Below, piece by piece: positions 22,731-36,088 of a DNA stretch of 64,000 bases (within the stretch, counting starts at the first letter, position 1; each line of letters starts with the position of its first letter). Under the pieces are notes generated by a model, which had not been told where the DNA came from, made no database searches, and saw only the letters and a program-made list of their open reading frames with translations. The translations under genes were made by a program, and so were the position numbers. The DNA is from Azolla caroliniana (lineage: Eukaryota > Plantae > Polypodiophyta), in the NCBI GenBank assembly GCA_043228905.1, contig JBHGNT010000006.1:21018001-21082000 (forward strand). The letters run 5' to 3'.

Positions 22731-25700
22731 TTACATGCTAAGAGATTCAAAATTGATATCTTTAACATCCTCTTGACCAGTTGAGGATGTCAAACCACTC
22801 TCACTCTCATTCTCATAAGCTTCAGTCTCTCCAGTTTTAATAAGCAGCTCCAACATTTTATCAAACTGCAAAGCACTCTGGTCACGCTCATCAAGCTCTG
22901 CTCCCTCAGCTTCAAGCCACTTTTCTCTTAAGTCATCAAGAACATTTGCTTGCTTAGAAATACCTTCTTCTCCGGGAGCACTAGGGACAGTTGTTCGTTG
23001 AGATGAGTCACCAGAAGGTGGAGGTAGTGATAACAACATCTTGCGAAACTCTCTTGTCCCAGAGAATACTTCAAAGTTGGCTGCAATTGTGTCGAGACAA
23101 TATTCTCTCAACTTCCACACACCATACCTACATTAGGAAAAGCATTTCATATGAAGCTTGCAATATACGTGATTTTGATCCTGCCCCTAATTTTTTGGGC
23201 ATTTACCATTTTACCCCTAAGTTTAAAACCATTAGCACACTGCCCCTAAGTTTATGAAAGTTACCAGAATACCAAATTCTGCTCAGATTTACCCTGGGTT
23301 AAAAAGCCATTAGCAGATTACCCCTTATGTATGAGTAATATTACCAGAATGTTACCAGAATACCCTTATGTATGAGTAATATTCTGTACTACATAGGGGA
23401 TTTCTTGTAACTTTTTCAAAATCTTAAAGAGGTACGACAGATACTACTCAACAAGTTAGGGGCATTCTGGTTATATAGATTGTTCTGTTTTAACAGAGCT
23501 TTTACATTTCAGCGAGTAGCAGCCACTGGCATAACTCATCCGGAGTTGCTGTTTCTAAATGTGGCAATAATGCATCTGCAACAACTCTTTTCAAAGGAAA
23601 CAACAAATATCTCGAAGCTGCATCGAACAACTCCTCAGCCTGATACATTCAAAATAAATCAATATATCAGCACAAGAACACTATGCCCATGCAAATGTCC
23701 ATACATATTTACATATATGATATAACCATATATACCTGGCACATCCATAGATAAGATTTGTACTCGGTTAGGATGGAGGTACAATCCTTCTAACACATAC
23801 AAAATGCAATAGGACAATGCCACACAAACTAGAATATATACCTATATATTTAAATTTCTATACAACGTATGGTCTAGAATATCGATGTATGTAGACTTGG
23901 GTATAGCTATAAGTCTATTATACATGGTCACACAAATATACATATACATATATATATACTTGTGTACCACTACATGCCTTTTCAGTTAGTTATACCTGCA
24001 ATAGGTGGTGGATAAGTTTGAGCCAAAACTAAACCATGAAACCATGAAACAATGGTTTACTGGCTTAAATGATTCAAATGGTTTTGGCTTGGGGGGTTAA
24101 CAGTTTGGTTTGAAAAGGTATTGGCTTAATGGCGTATGGTTTATCATGCTTTTAACCGTGGTTTAAATGGCTTAAATATCTTATGTAGCCATTTGGAATT
24201 GTGATTTAATAAATTTCTTTAATGTTAAATTTGTTTGTTTTCTTAATTCTTGATTTTTGAAATTTAAGTCATAACTTTTCTAGCTGTTGATTATTTTATT
24301 ATATATTATATTAGGAAATATGATAAACAAAATTTTCCTTAAAATAAAATTTCCCCAATTTGCAGAACTGTTATTGGAAAATTAAAAATACCTGGTTAGG
24401 ATGAAGATTCAACACTTCGTCAGTGTACCTGCAATTAGCATACACGTGAGTAAAGCTTCAAAGAAAAGCAAATTGCTGGCTTCATAGGTTAAATGATCTG
24501 AATTCAAGAAAAGGAGAGAAGCAAGATGGATAACATACATATATTCGAGCAATTTTTCAAATGTTTCAGAACTCAAATCCTCTTCCCGAAGCAGTGGAAG
24601 CGCAGTGCTACTTGTGATCTTGGTAGCACCAACATTCTCTTCTCCGAAGCATTCCATTCTCGAAAACCTTGCCCTAAAGTAGTCAGACCTCGCAGCTAAT
24701 ATTACTTGATGGCTTCTATATATTGATTCCTCAACAGAAAAGTGCACATCGGCATGATCCTCTTCAAAGGAAGTTTCACAGCCTGAACCTACATCTATGG
24801 AAGCTTCAAGCCCTTCTTCAGATATCCGACTAGTTTCAAAAGTTACAGCTGCAAAATGTTGCAGTTTATCCAAGTTTGCATGATTATCTCTTGCATGGAA
24901 TTCATGCTTAGACTTTGACAATGATAATTTGAGCAAATTTCGCATTGCATTGGGTAGTCTCTCATGCTCTGGTAAAGAAGACCCTTGCAAGATGAATCGT
25001 TTCTGTGAATCATCTGCATTTCGCAAATGTTTATATTCGGCAAACTTCTGATGTGCAAGTTCCTTTTCTACAGCTTTGTGTAAACCAACACAACCACAAA
25101 CCTTGCAAATTCTTGATAAAGCGCCCATGTCTTCAACTGCCACATCTAATCTATCAGTATAGAAGAACTGCACGAGGCTGAAAAGCGCTGGGAAAGTTAG
25201 CTTGTTATTTGATAATCTCACTTCTTTCTTATGCTTCCAATCCTTTTGGAACTTTGCCTTGAAGTAGGGAGATCTTGCAATGAGGATAGCTCTATGAGCT
25301 TCAATGGGCTGCCCTTCAACATAGAAAGTAATATCAGGTTTAAAATCGGTGGTACCACCAATAATGATGGAAGCATTGGAAAGTGGTGTACTATCATGTT
25401 GATCAATTAGCATTGAGTTAGAAAACCCCGACGAAACTGAACCATTTTCAGAGCCTGAAGTAACCGACCCATGTTCTGAGTTTGGAAAATCCGATAAAAT
25501 CGAACTATTTTCTGAGCCAGATATACCTTTTGAGAAAGCAAAGTTTGATTTTGAGCTCAGAAAAACCTCTCGAAGAGACTTTGGCAATGGGTCAAGAGGC
25601 GGCGGCCGAGCTTCAAAAGCCTTCAAAAGCTTCCGAACCTTCAAGTTTAAAGAAGCATAGTGGCATCTATCACCATCAAAAGTGTTCTCACTACATATAG

Positions 25701-25986
25701 CACCGTGTTCCATAAGCATACGGGCGGCATCCAAATGTCCAGCCAAACAAGCATAATATAATGCTACCGAATCCCAGGAATCTCTCACATTAACATTAAC
25801 TCCTTTTTTTAAGAGAGATTCGAGCCTTTCAACATCACCTGCTCTTGAGGCTTCGTAGATGTCGCCATAAGGAACTCTTTTACAGGGAAGAGATGGTTCT
25901 TCAGGTTCATCACCATAATAGAGGTTGTCAAGATCAGCACCAACGATCACTTGAACTCGATGGGCTTCATCTTCTCTCGTCCCCAT
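22731..25986 (-). CDS. Ankyrin-repeat and tandem BTB/POZ domain protein (At2g04740/ABTB1-like, putative CUL3 adaptor)
   Basis: [10 protein letters not shown]...[17 protein letters not shown] (ankyrin); two BTB domains ([26 protein letters not shown]). Exons 25986-24539, 24428-24392, 23639-23506, 23127-22731. Confidence 0.9.
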
Positions 25987-28111
25987 TGCATATATGACCT
26001 TTCACAAGACCTGTTGAAATAGAGCCCACATGTATATATATAATATATATATATATATATCTCCAAAATATCTTCCCTCTATAGCTAGAGCTGCTCCCCT
26101 TAAATATTTTACAGATATTGCGTCTATATGTAGAGATATTTACTCTATATTTAAAGAGATTTCTTTTATATCTAGAGACACTTCTTCTGTATTTAGAGAT
26201 CTTTCGGCTTATCAAGGACTCCATGGATTAATATCTCGTACCTGAACAGGGGAGATGGAAAGACACTCTGTTTCTGGCCTGCTCTGTCGGTATATCTTCT
26301 TGGCTGAGGATCCACAAATGGGTCTATTGGGCAATATACCATTACCATACAATACACACACACACACACACAATATATATATATATATATATAAATGTCT
26401 TCATTCAATTGAATTGACTTGAGAGCTCGGAAGGCTTTCACATGAGGGTGTTTGTCTATGATGGCTTTGTGTCGAAGAGTGTTCTGTTTTGCAAACTATT
26501 TCTCGTCTCGCCCTTGGGCTCCAAATCAATGCTCTTCCCCTAACACCTCTCTCTTTTGATTGTCTCGGACAAATTTTTTGTCTTTGATGTGCTCTATGAA
26601 TGAATGACAAACTATCACTTTAGAAGATTGGCTTTTTTTCTTCCTAACATGGATCTCGCTCGCCAAGCTATGTAGAACCTCGTATGTCCAAAGAAACAAA
26701 AAAATGGGCAGCGAAAAACTCACGGGCATCATATACATTGCTTGCACCTTGAAATGCATATGGAACAACCACACCTATTATTTCCCTCTATACGAATTCG
26801 TTTCTTCAACTTTCAAGTATCCTTTGAAAGATTCACTCACGAATCTTGGAGATCCACACCTATTCATATATCATAAGTGTTGGTATATGTTTTGAACATT
26901 CCTTGGGGTACACACATTTGGGATTTTGGGGATGTAAATCTTTTGAATTAGATTGTCACTCTCTACATTCTTTTGCGCTCTTACATTAATAACACTTGTA
27001 ACAATTAGCTTCTACACACAAACCTTGCATTTTTACTCAAAATTCAAGCATTGAGGTGAAGATATTGCAACATTACTAATGTTGTTGGTTTGTGCACCAT
27101 TATCTAAATGTTTCTAGACAAAGATCAACAATCATTCATCAAGAAGAAGCCTAAAAATGGTCTTACTTGCTCAGTGATATTAATTTTTATTAGTCAAAAC
27201 CATTGTTGATCAATGGTCATGCACTGTGATATGCTTGAAGGTCAAATTGAATTATAATAGAATTGGCATCTTAATAACACTTCCCAATGCCCTCAACAAA
27301 TTGTCAACATATTTTCTATTTTCAAGTGTTTGTGCATCTTGTGGATTTGTGCAATGGAAATATATGACAAATTTTTATTTGTCGCGTAGTCTTAGTCTTT
27401 TGCTAATGCCACCATTGAAGGTATTTCTTAAAAATATAATGATGATATAACTCTTCACCAAATAAAATCCATCCGAGTATTCATGCCATGAACAATCACA
27501 CTAAATGTAGTTCACACTAAGCATCCAATCATTTATGTGATAGCACAAATGACAAAAAAACTGAACTAGCACATGAACACAATGATATGAAAGGATGCAA
27601 CCACTCAATGGTTCCTACAGCAGACCATTTTGTACCATGAATCATGGTAATTGGTATGAAGAAAAATGACCAGCCCAAACTCCCAAAGCCATGGAGTATC
27701 CATAATCCTGCATTCAAATAGGTTGAAAGTCAACCGCAATAAGTCGCCTCTATCATCATTATCAGCCCAAGTTTTTCCATCAATACCACAGTTTTCGATG
27801 ATCTCCTGGGTCGAATGTATCCTGTCTTTTATTTTAGCACAAGCTGATAAGACTAGGTCTAGCCCTAATTGTTTACACCACAATCTTCAAAGAACAAGAT
27901 AAAAGAATTGGAAGAATTTAGTGCCGCATATCTACATATATATTTTGCATTAATGTAGTAATTCTTCTGTTACACAAAAATTGCATCTGGAAATGTAATA
28001 TATACGATTCCTTCACATCCTTTGAAGTTGTAAGTAGGTGTACAGCTGTTGTATTGGGTGTTCCAAAATTTGAAACTAATTCTTGATTAGCAAAAAACCC
28101 TAAATAGAGCA

Positions 28112-28502
28112 AGGGTCATTTCAAATTATTTCCCCAGGAAGCCCACCTTTATCATACTTCCAAACTACAGTGTACACAGGAGAAATCCTAGTTTCTTGAT
28201 GACCATTTTCACAAGTTACTCTTTTACAGTCCGACTTACATGTGTTAATCTTCAACCTTATAATGGTTTTTGCGTGTGAATATAGCTATCTGTGATGCAA
28301 ATCCAGGGTCATTTCAAATTATTTCCCCAGGAAGCCCACCTTTATCATACTTCCAAACTACAGTGTACACAGGAGAAATCCTAGTTTCTTGATGACCATT
28401 TTCACAGGTTACTCTTTTACAGTCTGACTTGCATGTGTTATCTTCAACCTTATAATGGTTTTTGCGTGTGAATATAGCTATCTGTGATGCAAATCCAGGG
28501 TC
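28112..28502. repeat. 192-bp tandem duplication of the HEN1 3' coding end
   Basis: 28112-28304 repeats 28305-28496; AGGGTC at 28112, 28305 and 28497. Confidence 0.93.
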
Positions 28503-31500
28503 TTCAACAGAACCACCTACACCATCATATTCCACGGCATACCCAAACTTCAATGCTAAAGTGTTGGCCCATTCTTCAAACTCGGCCCTCGTCCATTCAA
28601 ATCGATGATCATCGTTTCTGAGCTTAATGACACCTGACATGCTTGGACCATCATCAAATGCATTTATGTCTGAAATAGCAGCATCTTCCACAACATGAGT
28701 CTTCAGTTCACTACCATTCATCAGTGCTACATGATCCATGTTCATTGATGCTGGTACACTGCTTTTGCACTCCCCCGAATTGGTTCTATGATCTGTGGTT
28801 ACTTTTTGAAGGATGGTATTGTACTCAATATTAGGAGTTGATAATATCAGCATTTTAGGTGCATATGTACCCAAGATTATCTCGCCTGCTTTCAACAAAG
28901 GCTCAGGATCCATATGCTCTACAACCTAATCAAGAACACACATAGCATCTGATCATCCATAAAACTCATGAAAAAATGCTCTAGATCCATATGCTATATC
29001 TACAACCTAATCAAGAACACACATAACACATGATCATCCATAAAACTCATAAAGAAATGGTCTGGATTCATAAGCTATGTCTACAACCTAATCAAGAAGA
29101 CACCACAAGAAGATCAAACAATAAAACCACGAAAGTATCACAATTACAACCACAATCATCCAGTAGCTACCTCTATGCAAGTTGCAACATCAAAGTCACA
29201 TAAACGATGATCAGCATCTGCAAGGGACCCTTCATATAGGACCAGTTCTTTCAGTTTACTGCTAGAATGTGTTTCAGCAAGAGCTAATTTCCCACAAAGT
29301 AACTGCAATAAAGAAATATCATTCAGCAATAATATGTATGGAATAAGCCTAATAAATATGATTATACACCAAGATGATTACAATGCATACTGAAAACCTT
29401 TGTGGCACGGAAGAGGCTTTTTTGAGAAATGTCAACACCAGCTATGTGTTCAAGGTCAGTATCAGTGTCAACCACTGCATCCAACAAACTGCCAGAACCA
29501 CACCCAAGGTCAACCTGTGACAAAAATGTTTCAGAAACTACTGTACATAAAGAAACCTGGAACTCAAATTTTAATGCAAATGGAGAGGACAGTAAACTTC
29601 TACATACTAGTGACTTTGCTCTAACTTCCTTGATCTTCTGTATTGCAAATTCATTCCTCTGCTTAGATAAAGGTGGAGAAAATAGTGCAGACTCCATTCG
29701 TTCCTCAGGCGGTTCAATAGTCCTCAAAAGTTTGATATCATATCTCAGTGATGAAAGAGAACCTGTGGACAAAATGATAGTAGCTCATAGGAAAGTTGTG
29801 ATGCTAGCAGTCCAATGACCAAAAAAAGGTTTAAAATTTTCCACATGATCAACTTCCTCTAAATAGACCCATACACAAGAATGAACCACTAGAAGGATGT
29901 AATCTCAAGATGAACTAGAAAATACATATACATATAGAGAACATATGACACCATACACATCAGATGAAGTGGTTAGAAACTTCATTGATAAAGCTTTGTA
30001 GAATATTTCAACAGTCATATCCTTAATAGACAAGTTTCATAATTTGGCTCTTACATTCCACAGGATATTCCCGATGACATCTTAGATCAGCATGGAAAAG
30101 TAACAAAAGGAAAAGTTACACCAGAATTAAGACACAGCACACCCTTACAAACATAAAAATAGGTACCAGAAATAAGCTTACCAATGTCAAGATTGCGAAC
30201 AGTACTCATAACATCTTCGCATGCAGCAAGGAGAGCTTCAAGACATGGTATTGGTAGAGAGACCTGGTCATTGCCACCAACTTGCATCCCCAAAACACAA
30301 TTCTCGATTTCTGGAAGTGTTCCTCCAATGCCCAATTGAAATTCAAATTCTTCATGAGATTCCACATTAACATCTTCGTGATGCCCAATAAGCCAGACAA
30401 TGCAAGATATAGAAACCATTGTTCCTGCGGCAATCATCTTGTTTGGCTCAGTGCGGACCTTACTAATTCCATTGAGAGAAGATTTACTTTCTGAGATATC
30501 TAACTTTGGAATAGTGATTTTCTCTCTTTCCTGGAATTCTTCATTCACTGGATTAGGACAGTTGAGATAATTCTTGCCAATATCTGACAGGAAAAGCAAT
30601 GCCTGTAGAGCTGCACTCTGGGATGCATCATTGTGATTCCTGTAGAGACGCTCTGACTCAAATTCATGGTCTTTCCTCTGATATATAATCTTTACCATAC
30701 ATTTGTAAAACACACTTTGTGTGCTTTCTTTTTTATTATCACATGTAGCCATAGCTGTCACAACTTGATACAGAAAAATAAATTGTGTCATCATTGTGAA
30801 AAATATGCATATCTACAAAATATTTACCAAATTCTGTTTTTCTTTGTAATTAGAAGAAATTTTAGAATATTGTCGATACCATTTGAAGCTGTGATTGGAG
30901 TGAAAGTGAATGCAGGATCTGGCATTCGATGTTGCTGACAGAAGTCAGTCAATAAGGCACGAGGAAGCTTTCCTCTCCATTGGCATTTACTTAAAAAAGA
31001 ACAAGGCATCTTTGCTACCAAAGGTGCGTCCCTTGAAAGCCTGTAGTTTCCTTCAGGGCTCCTGCCCAAAATTAGCCTGCAGAAATATCATAAAAATTTA
31101 AAAGAAAAATTAATTTAATACTTGAAAGGCTCTTTGGTATTTAAATTTGCACTATACATATTAAGATAAATAAATCATGAATTGAAAGCCAAACGAACAA
31201 TATTACTTTATTAAGCACCTGTAGTAGCAAGAAAGAGACACATCACCAAAAGAGAGCTTTCCCTCTAGCTTCCAACTGGAGCCCACGTTGGCAAGGATGG
31301 AATCTCCATATATAGAAAAACCCAGAATGTCACTAGCTCTGCTGTTCCTATTTATTGGATATTTCTTCCCTTCATGAAGCTCTTGGATTACATAGCCATC
31401 ATTATTGGAATCATCTGAGCGCTTTACTTCCAATAGCCTCTCTGGAATGATATAATAGAGACGTGTACCATGGGGTACCCTAGTGATGGCCCTGTAAACA

Positions 31501-33662
31501 AATCCCAAGTCATTCCCTTAAAATTGCATTCCCTGAATGAGCTCCAAAATGAAAACTATAGCATGACAGTTATGAAACAAACAAACAAGTAGACAAGAAT
31601 GTCAGCATGTTTTATCAAATCTTGAAAACGTATTGACCTTGAGATCATAAGTACAGATCCATCTTGAAACCCAAGCCTATTGGATAATGCATCTAGATAA
31701 TAATCATCTGGATCTAATTCGATCTCGATGCTCTCAACCATTGCATCCTCCAATGCAGGAATGTAGACTGCTTGAAACTTGGGACAAATTTCCTCTTCCT
31801 CTTCTGATGCCAAAAACTCTTCTTGAAATTGAGAGGAGAATGGCTCTATCCTTTTAATAAAGAAACCCTTCTCACGTGTAACTAATGAACATCTTTTTGC
31901 TGCTTCCCACACCATGGCCACAGTAAACATTGGATTACTCTCTGAATATGAATGAAGTGACTTGCAAAGTGAAATAATCTTATTATCCAGTGCTGCTATT
32001 GCTGCCACAGGTAAGGCGCCTGCTCTTCCATCTTTTCTTCTCATTGCAGCCCTAAAATGTTCCTTCAGAGATTGACAACTCATTACAACCTGCACACATG
32101 GTAGATCAACTTCAAAGGTAGAACTTATATATATCAATAGGAAAAGCACAAGGAATATCTTGCCTGGTCTATGTTCCAGAAAGATATGATAAGCTTCTAT
32201 ATTTTATGCTGTCTTTTCTATTATCTAACCTATCAACATTAGTGCTACCTGGATCCTATATTTGTTGACATGGAATGTCTGAATACAAATATGTACATGA
32301 ACTAAAATTAAAATTCTTATAAAAGTGCAAAATCCTTAAGATTTGCACAAGCATTCATATCACTACAAAGAGTATGTCCTTTAAACAACATCCACTCTTA
32401 AACCCAAACCTTACTTTTACAAGACTACTAGCATCGGTATCTTACATGAAGACATCATTTCCAATTGCTAAACTGCAAACAAGGGGGTTTCCTANNNNNN
32501 NNNNNNNNNNNNNNNNNNNNNNNNNNNNNNNNNNNNNNNNNNNNNNNNNNNNNNNNNNNNNNNNNNNNNNNNNNNNNNNNNNNNNNNNNNNNNNAAGCTT
32601 TTCATTTATAATTTGATCCATTGAGTAAAGTCTGCGATATTCTATATCCATCAAATGCTTCTATTCATTGAACCTACAGCTAGTGTCAAAGAGGAGATGG
32701 ATAGCAGTGCAATAATGAAGTAAAATCTAGTTATGAGCATTAGAAATTGCATAGTTATATTCTTTTATTCACTTCTACGGGATAATATTTATTTATTTTC
32801 AATCAGTTTAATCATGCAATATTGTTTTTTCTTTCTCCTTTTTGCTCACTGACATATTTCTTCTTCTTCTCCGTTCCTATGGTTGCGTCAGTTTATTCAT
32901 ATCCCATATAGATTGGGTGTTCATTCCTCATTCTCATTTATCAACAACTCTAACTTGTCTCTTCTTTCAACTCTGATTGGGCCCTCTAAATACCAGTGCC
33001 AAAGCATAGAAGTATATCTACCACTGAGAAATCATTTGGAGGGTTAATAAAGCATTCACCAAATGATTAGAAAAAATGAAAAGATACCTTTTCTGAGAAG
33101 AGCACTTCAATCCGTTCAGCTAAAGCTACAATCTTCTCCTCCGTGCTCAAAACCTCTGGAGCTGATATGTCATCCATGGATTTGCCCATCTGCCATGATA
33201 GATTGTTGATTTAGTTATATCACCTCATATTGATACTCTGAAAACTAATGAATTTGGTAATGTACATAATTATTCTTGGATTAGAGTTCCATTCATGAAT
33301 AATTGCAACCAAAGCATTCAAAACTTCAAAGGGCGTTTAAGTGAATGAGGTAAGTGTACCTGTTTCAAAGCCTTGTGGGCTGCATCTTGCTCGGCTTCTT
33401 TCTTCCGCGAGAAAACATCGGAGATGACAGGCGGGAGGTCAGGAAGAAACAGGGTGCAACTATATCCTATTTTTTGAGGTTTTACGAGAAAAGGTGCCGA
33501 TACCATCATCATCATCATGACCATCTCGTTATTACTCTCACTATTGCCATTACCATCACCATGTTTATTCTCTTGCGAAGCAAATATTTCTTTAGTTTCA
33601 TACTTAGGTTGCTTTTCACATTGAATATACAGCATATGTAGAGTGGCCTTAGGGCTCGTCAT
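28314..33662 (-). CDS. HEN1: Small RNA 2'-O-methyltransferase HEN1
   Basis: dsRBD1 (SPKATL...FSRKKEAEQDAA), dsRBD2 (WRGKLPRALL), PPIase-like domain, MTase motifs FSPPLSKQR, VDLGCGSGSLL, EVVEHMD, STPNIEYN, RNDDHRFEWTR. Exons 33662-33360, 33189-33088, 32089-31638, 31491-31219, 31076-30880, 30763-30182, 29762-29608, 29514-29398, 29302-29171, 28925-28314. Confidence 0.95.
28907..29100. repeat. 81-bp tandem repeat spanning the last HEN1 splice acceptor
   Basis: CTACAACCTAATCAAGAA recurs with 81-nt period (acceptor-equivalent bases at 28925, 29006, 29087). Confidence 0.88.
32495..32594. other. assembly gap (100 N) in HEN1 intron 2
   Basis: Run of N. Confidence 0.99.
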
Positions 33663-33811
33663 TCTGAGGATCTAAATGACTGCATTATCTGATCAAGGCT
33701 GCACCTACAAATAAGATTAGAAAACACGAGACGACTCGATGATTAATATTCTCTGGTTTTAAAACAGAAGGTTTTAACCAATCATTAAACAAAACAAGAA
33801 AGAATTAGAAA

Positions 33812-34095
33812 ATGATTAGCTATATAAAAGAAAAGTTTTAGCAAAAACAAAAGAATTCAAACAGTGAAAGAAAGGTATGGAAAATTAGCTGCAGAAAAAA
33901 GAGAGAAGAGACCAGGATTACCCCTTGAATATGCTTTTCTTTTTCAGTACTCTATGATTAGCTATATAAAAGAAAAGTTTTAGCAAAAACAAAAGAATTC
34001 AAACAGTGAAAGAAAGGTATGGAAAATTAGCTGCAGAAAAAAGAGAGAAGAGACCAGGATTACCCCTTGAATATGCTTTTCTTTTTCAGTACTCT
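33812..34095. repeat. 142-bp tandem duplication in the HEN1 5' leader
   Basis: ATGATTAGCTATATAAAAG...CAGTACTCT starts at 33812 and again at 33954. Confidence 0.92.
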
Positions 34096-34231
34096 GAGAA
34101 AGAGAGAGAAAAGCAAAATCCCCTGTTTTTTTGAAGAGACCTTTTTGTTGTTGTTTTTTTAGTTCTTCATTTATTGGGTATTCTCTTTTTGGATTCATCA
34201 TTCAAATATTACTCAAGGATCCGGTCAATCA

Positions 34232-34259
34232 CTAACCCTAACCCTAACCCTAACCCTAA
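34232..34259. repeat. (CCCTAA)n telomere-like / telo-box-like array
   Basis: CTAACCCTAACCCTAACCCTAACCCTAA upstream of HEN1. Confidence 0.85.
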
Positions 34260-34946
34260 TACTAAGTATGCTACAAAGCAAGAGCATTCTCTAGGTTGTC
34301 TTCCAAATTGTAATGATTCCAACAATCATTGATTCATTCTTTCTCTCGCCAATGTAGTCCTATAATTTTATATCATGTCCCGACTCCATCTTCTACAAAT
34401 AAATCCCATGTAATGAATGAGAACTCATGTCATTTATTATGAGCGAAAACAATGCCACAATTCTGGCATTTTTTTACTACAATTCTCGAAAGCTTTATCG
34501 ATGCATACCATTAATGTTTTGTATCATTTATGTCTTGTGTGACGCAAATGTTCTCCATCCAAAGCCCCATGTAATAATATATGACTTCCATGTGGAGTAC
34601 ATGAAGGTTCTTCTATACCTGTTTCATTAAAGCACATATACCAAGTAGACAATGCATTCTAGACAAACCTTGTGTTCAATGAATGCTCCTATGTCAACCG
34701 ATGATTTATATTGGAAGTGGCTCAAGGCATTCATCATGCACAACTGAAAGAATTGTTAGTGACCATAAACTGTGAGGTTTGGCCAAATGATCCCTAATGG
34801 GAGATCCTAAGTAATTGCCCTGAACATAAAGAATAATATCATTGATAATTTATACACAACCACCCCCATTGCTCCACATAAGATTTAGGCTTGTAGTATT
34901 GAAGTATGACCTTAGGATGGAAGCTCGAAGAGGGGGATCATCTATC

Positions 34947-35440
34947 TGTTAGGAATTTGTCCCTCCTATGAGAGAAGTCAACAGTCAAAGTCTAGAGAGA
35001 AGTCGGTAGTTGAATCGACGAGCTGAACACAAGAAGGTTGGTCAGATTGACCAGCGAGTTGACAGGGTCGTTGACTGGTTCTTGGAGGAGATAAAGAGCT
35101 GACTATGATAGTCAACTACATTGATGGATGCTCCAAGTGAAGACAAGGTCGACAAGTCGGACCGACCAGATGGTCGAAGATAAGGCTGACTAGTCGGGCT
35201 GACTTGAGGGTCGAAGACAAGGCTGATGAGTCGGGCCGATTGATTATTATATACATTATATAATAATAATAATAACAACTACATTTGTAAATAGCCCAAT
35301 TTGTGTATGAGTATAAATACACCTAGGGCAAACATTATGATTTAGCATGCAAGTTTGAGCTTCTTTAGTTGAGTGCAAAAGAGAGTGCAACAGATAGTAG
35401 GAAGAGATGTGAGAGCGGTAGAGTTTAGTGAAAGACACCA
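34947..35440 (+). mobile_element. degenerate Copia LTR fragment related to 1-518 and 44717-45269
   Basis: Starts TGTTAGGAATTTGTCCCTCC; TTTGTAAATAGCCC...TATAAATA...TAGGGCAAACA matches the reverse complement of 228-285. Right end uncertain. Confidence 0.6.
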
Positions 35441-36088
35441 CTATTCAAGGGGCCTAGGGAGAGGTATAAATATGAGGCCTAGCTACCCTCATAAAACACA
35501 TTATGTCAAAAGTTTGCCATCTTAAGACACCAGTGATGTGGGCTAGGCTTTCGTCACTATGATTGTGTTATCTCTTCCAAGGTATTAGTCATCATAATAT
35601 CTATCGGTATGGGACATTAGTGGTCGATTGGCTATGTCTTGATCGGGTAGAACGGGTTCTTTTATCTAATCTATTTACCTTTCTTTTACTTTAATTGGTC
35701 TATTGTGTAGTAATAGACTCTTAACATTTACCCTTTGTATGTAATGTGGGGTGAGTGGGCAAAGAGAAATAGAACCATAACCACATAAATGTCCTAGAAG
35801 GGCAATGTTATAATTACTAAAGTCCTCATATGGTAAGTGAAATTAATAATTTCGTACAAGCATACGAGCATTCATCCCCAAAACAAACCCACTACCTTAG
35901 CCAATTAGCAAGATCAATACTTAATTTCATGGTTCCAACATAAAGCCACTTTGCATGAATGTGTTAAGGAACGCCTATTTCAAAGTTGCCCACCAAAAAG
36001 GAAGATGATGGGCATGATTCTATTATTTGACGTCATCATCCATTGACTCCTCAATTTTCTCTCGATATGTAGCTCAACATATCAACGG

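Noticed and set aside
23175-23470. Possible MITE in a BTB gene intron (CCCCTAA / TTAGGGG motifs)
   Set aside because: Could not define TIR ends or a TSD by eye.
27529-27902. Short ORFs downstream of HEN1
   Set aside because: No recognisable domain; probably UTR or intergenic.
14716-33662. COG7, BTB and HEN1 as a functional gene cluster
   Set aside because: Unrelated functions; adjacency alone is not evidence in a plant genome.
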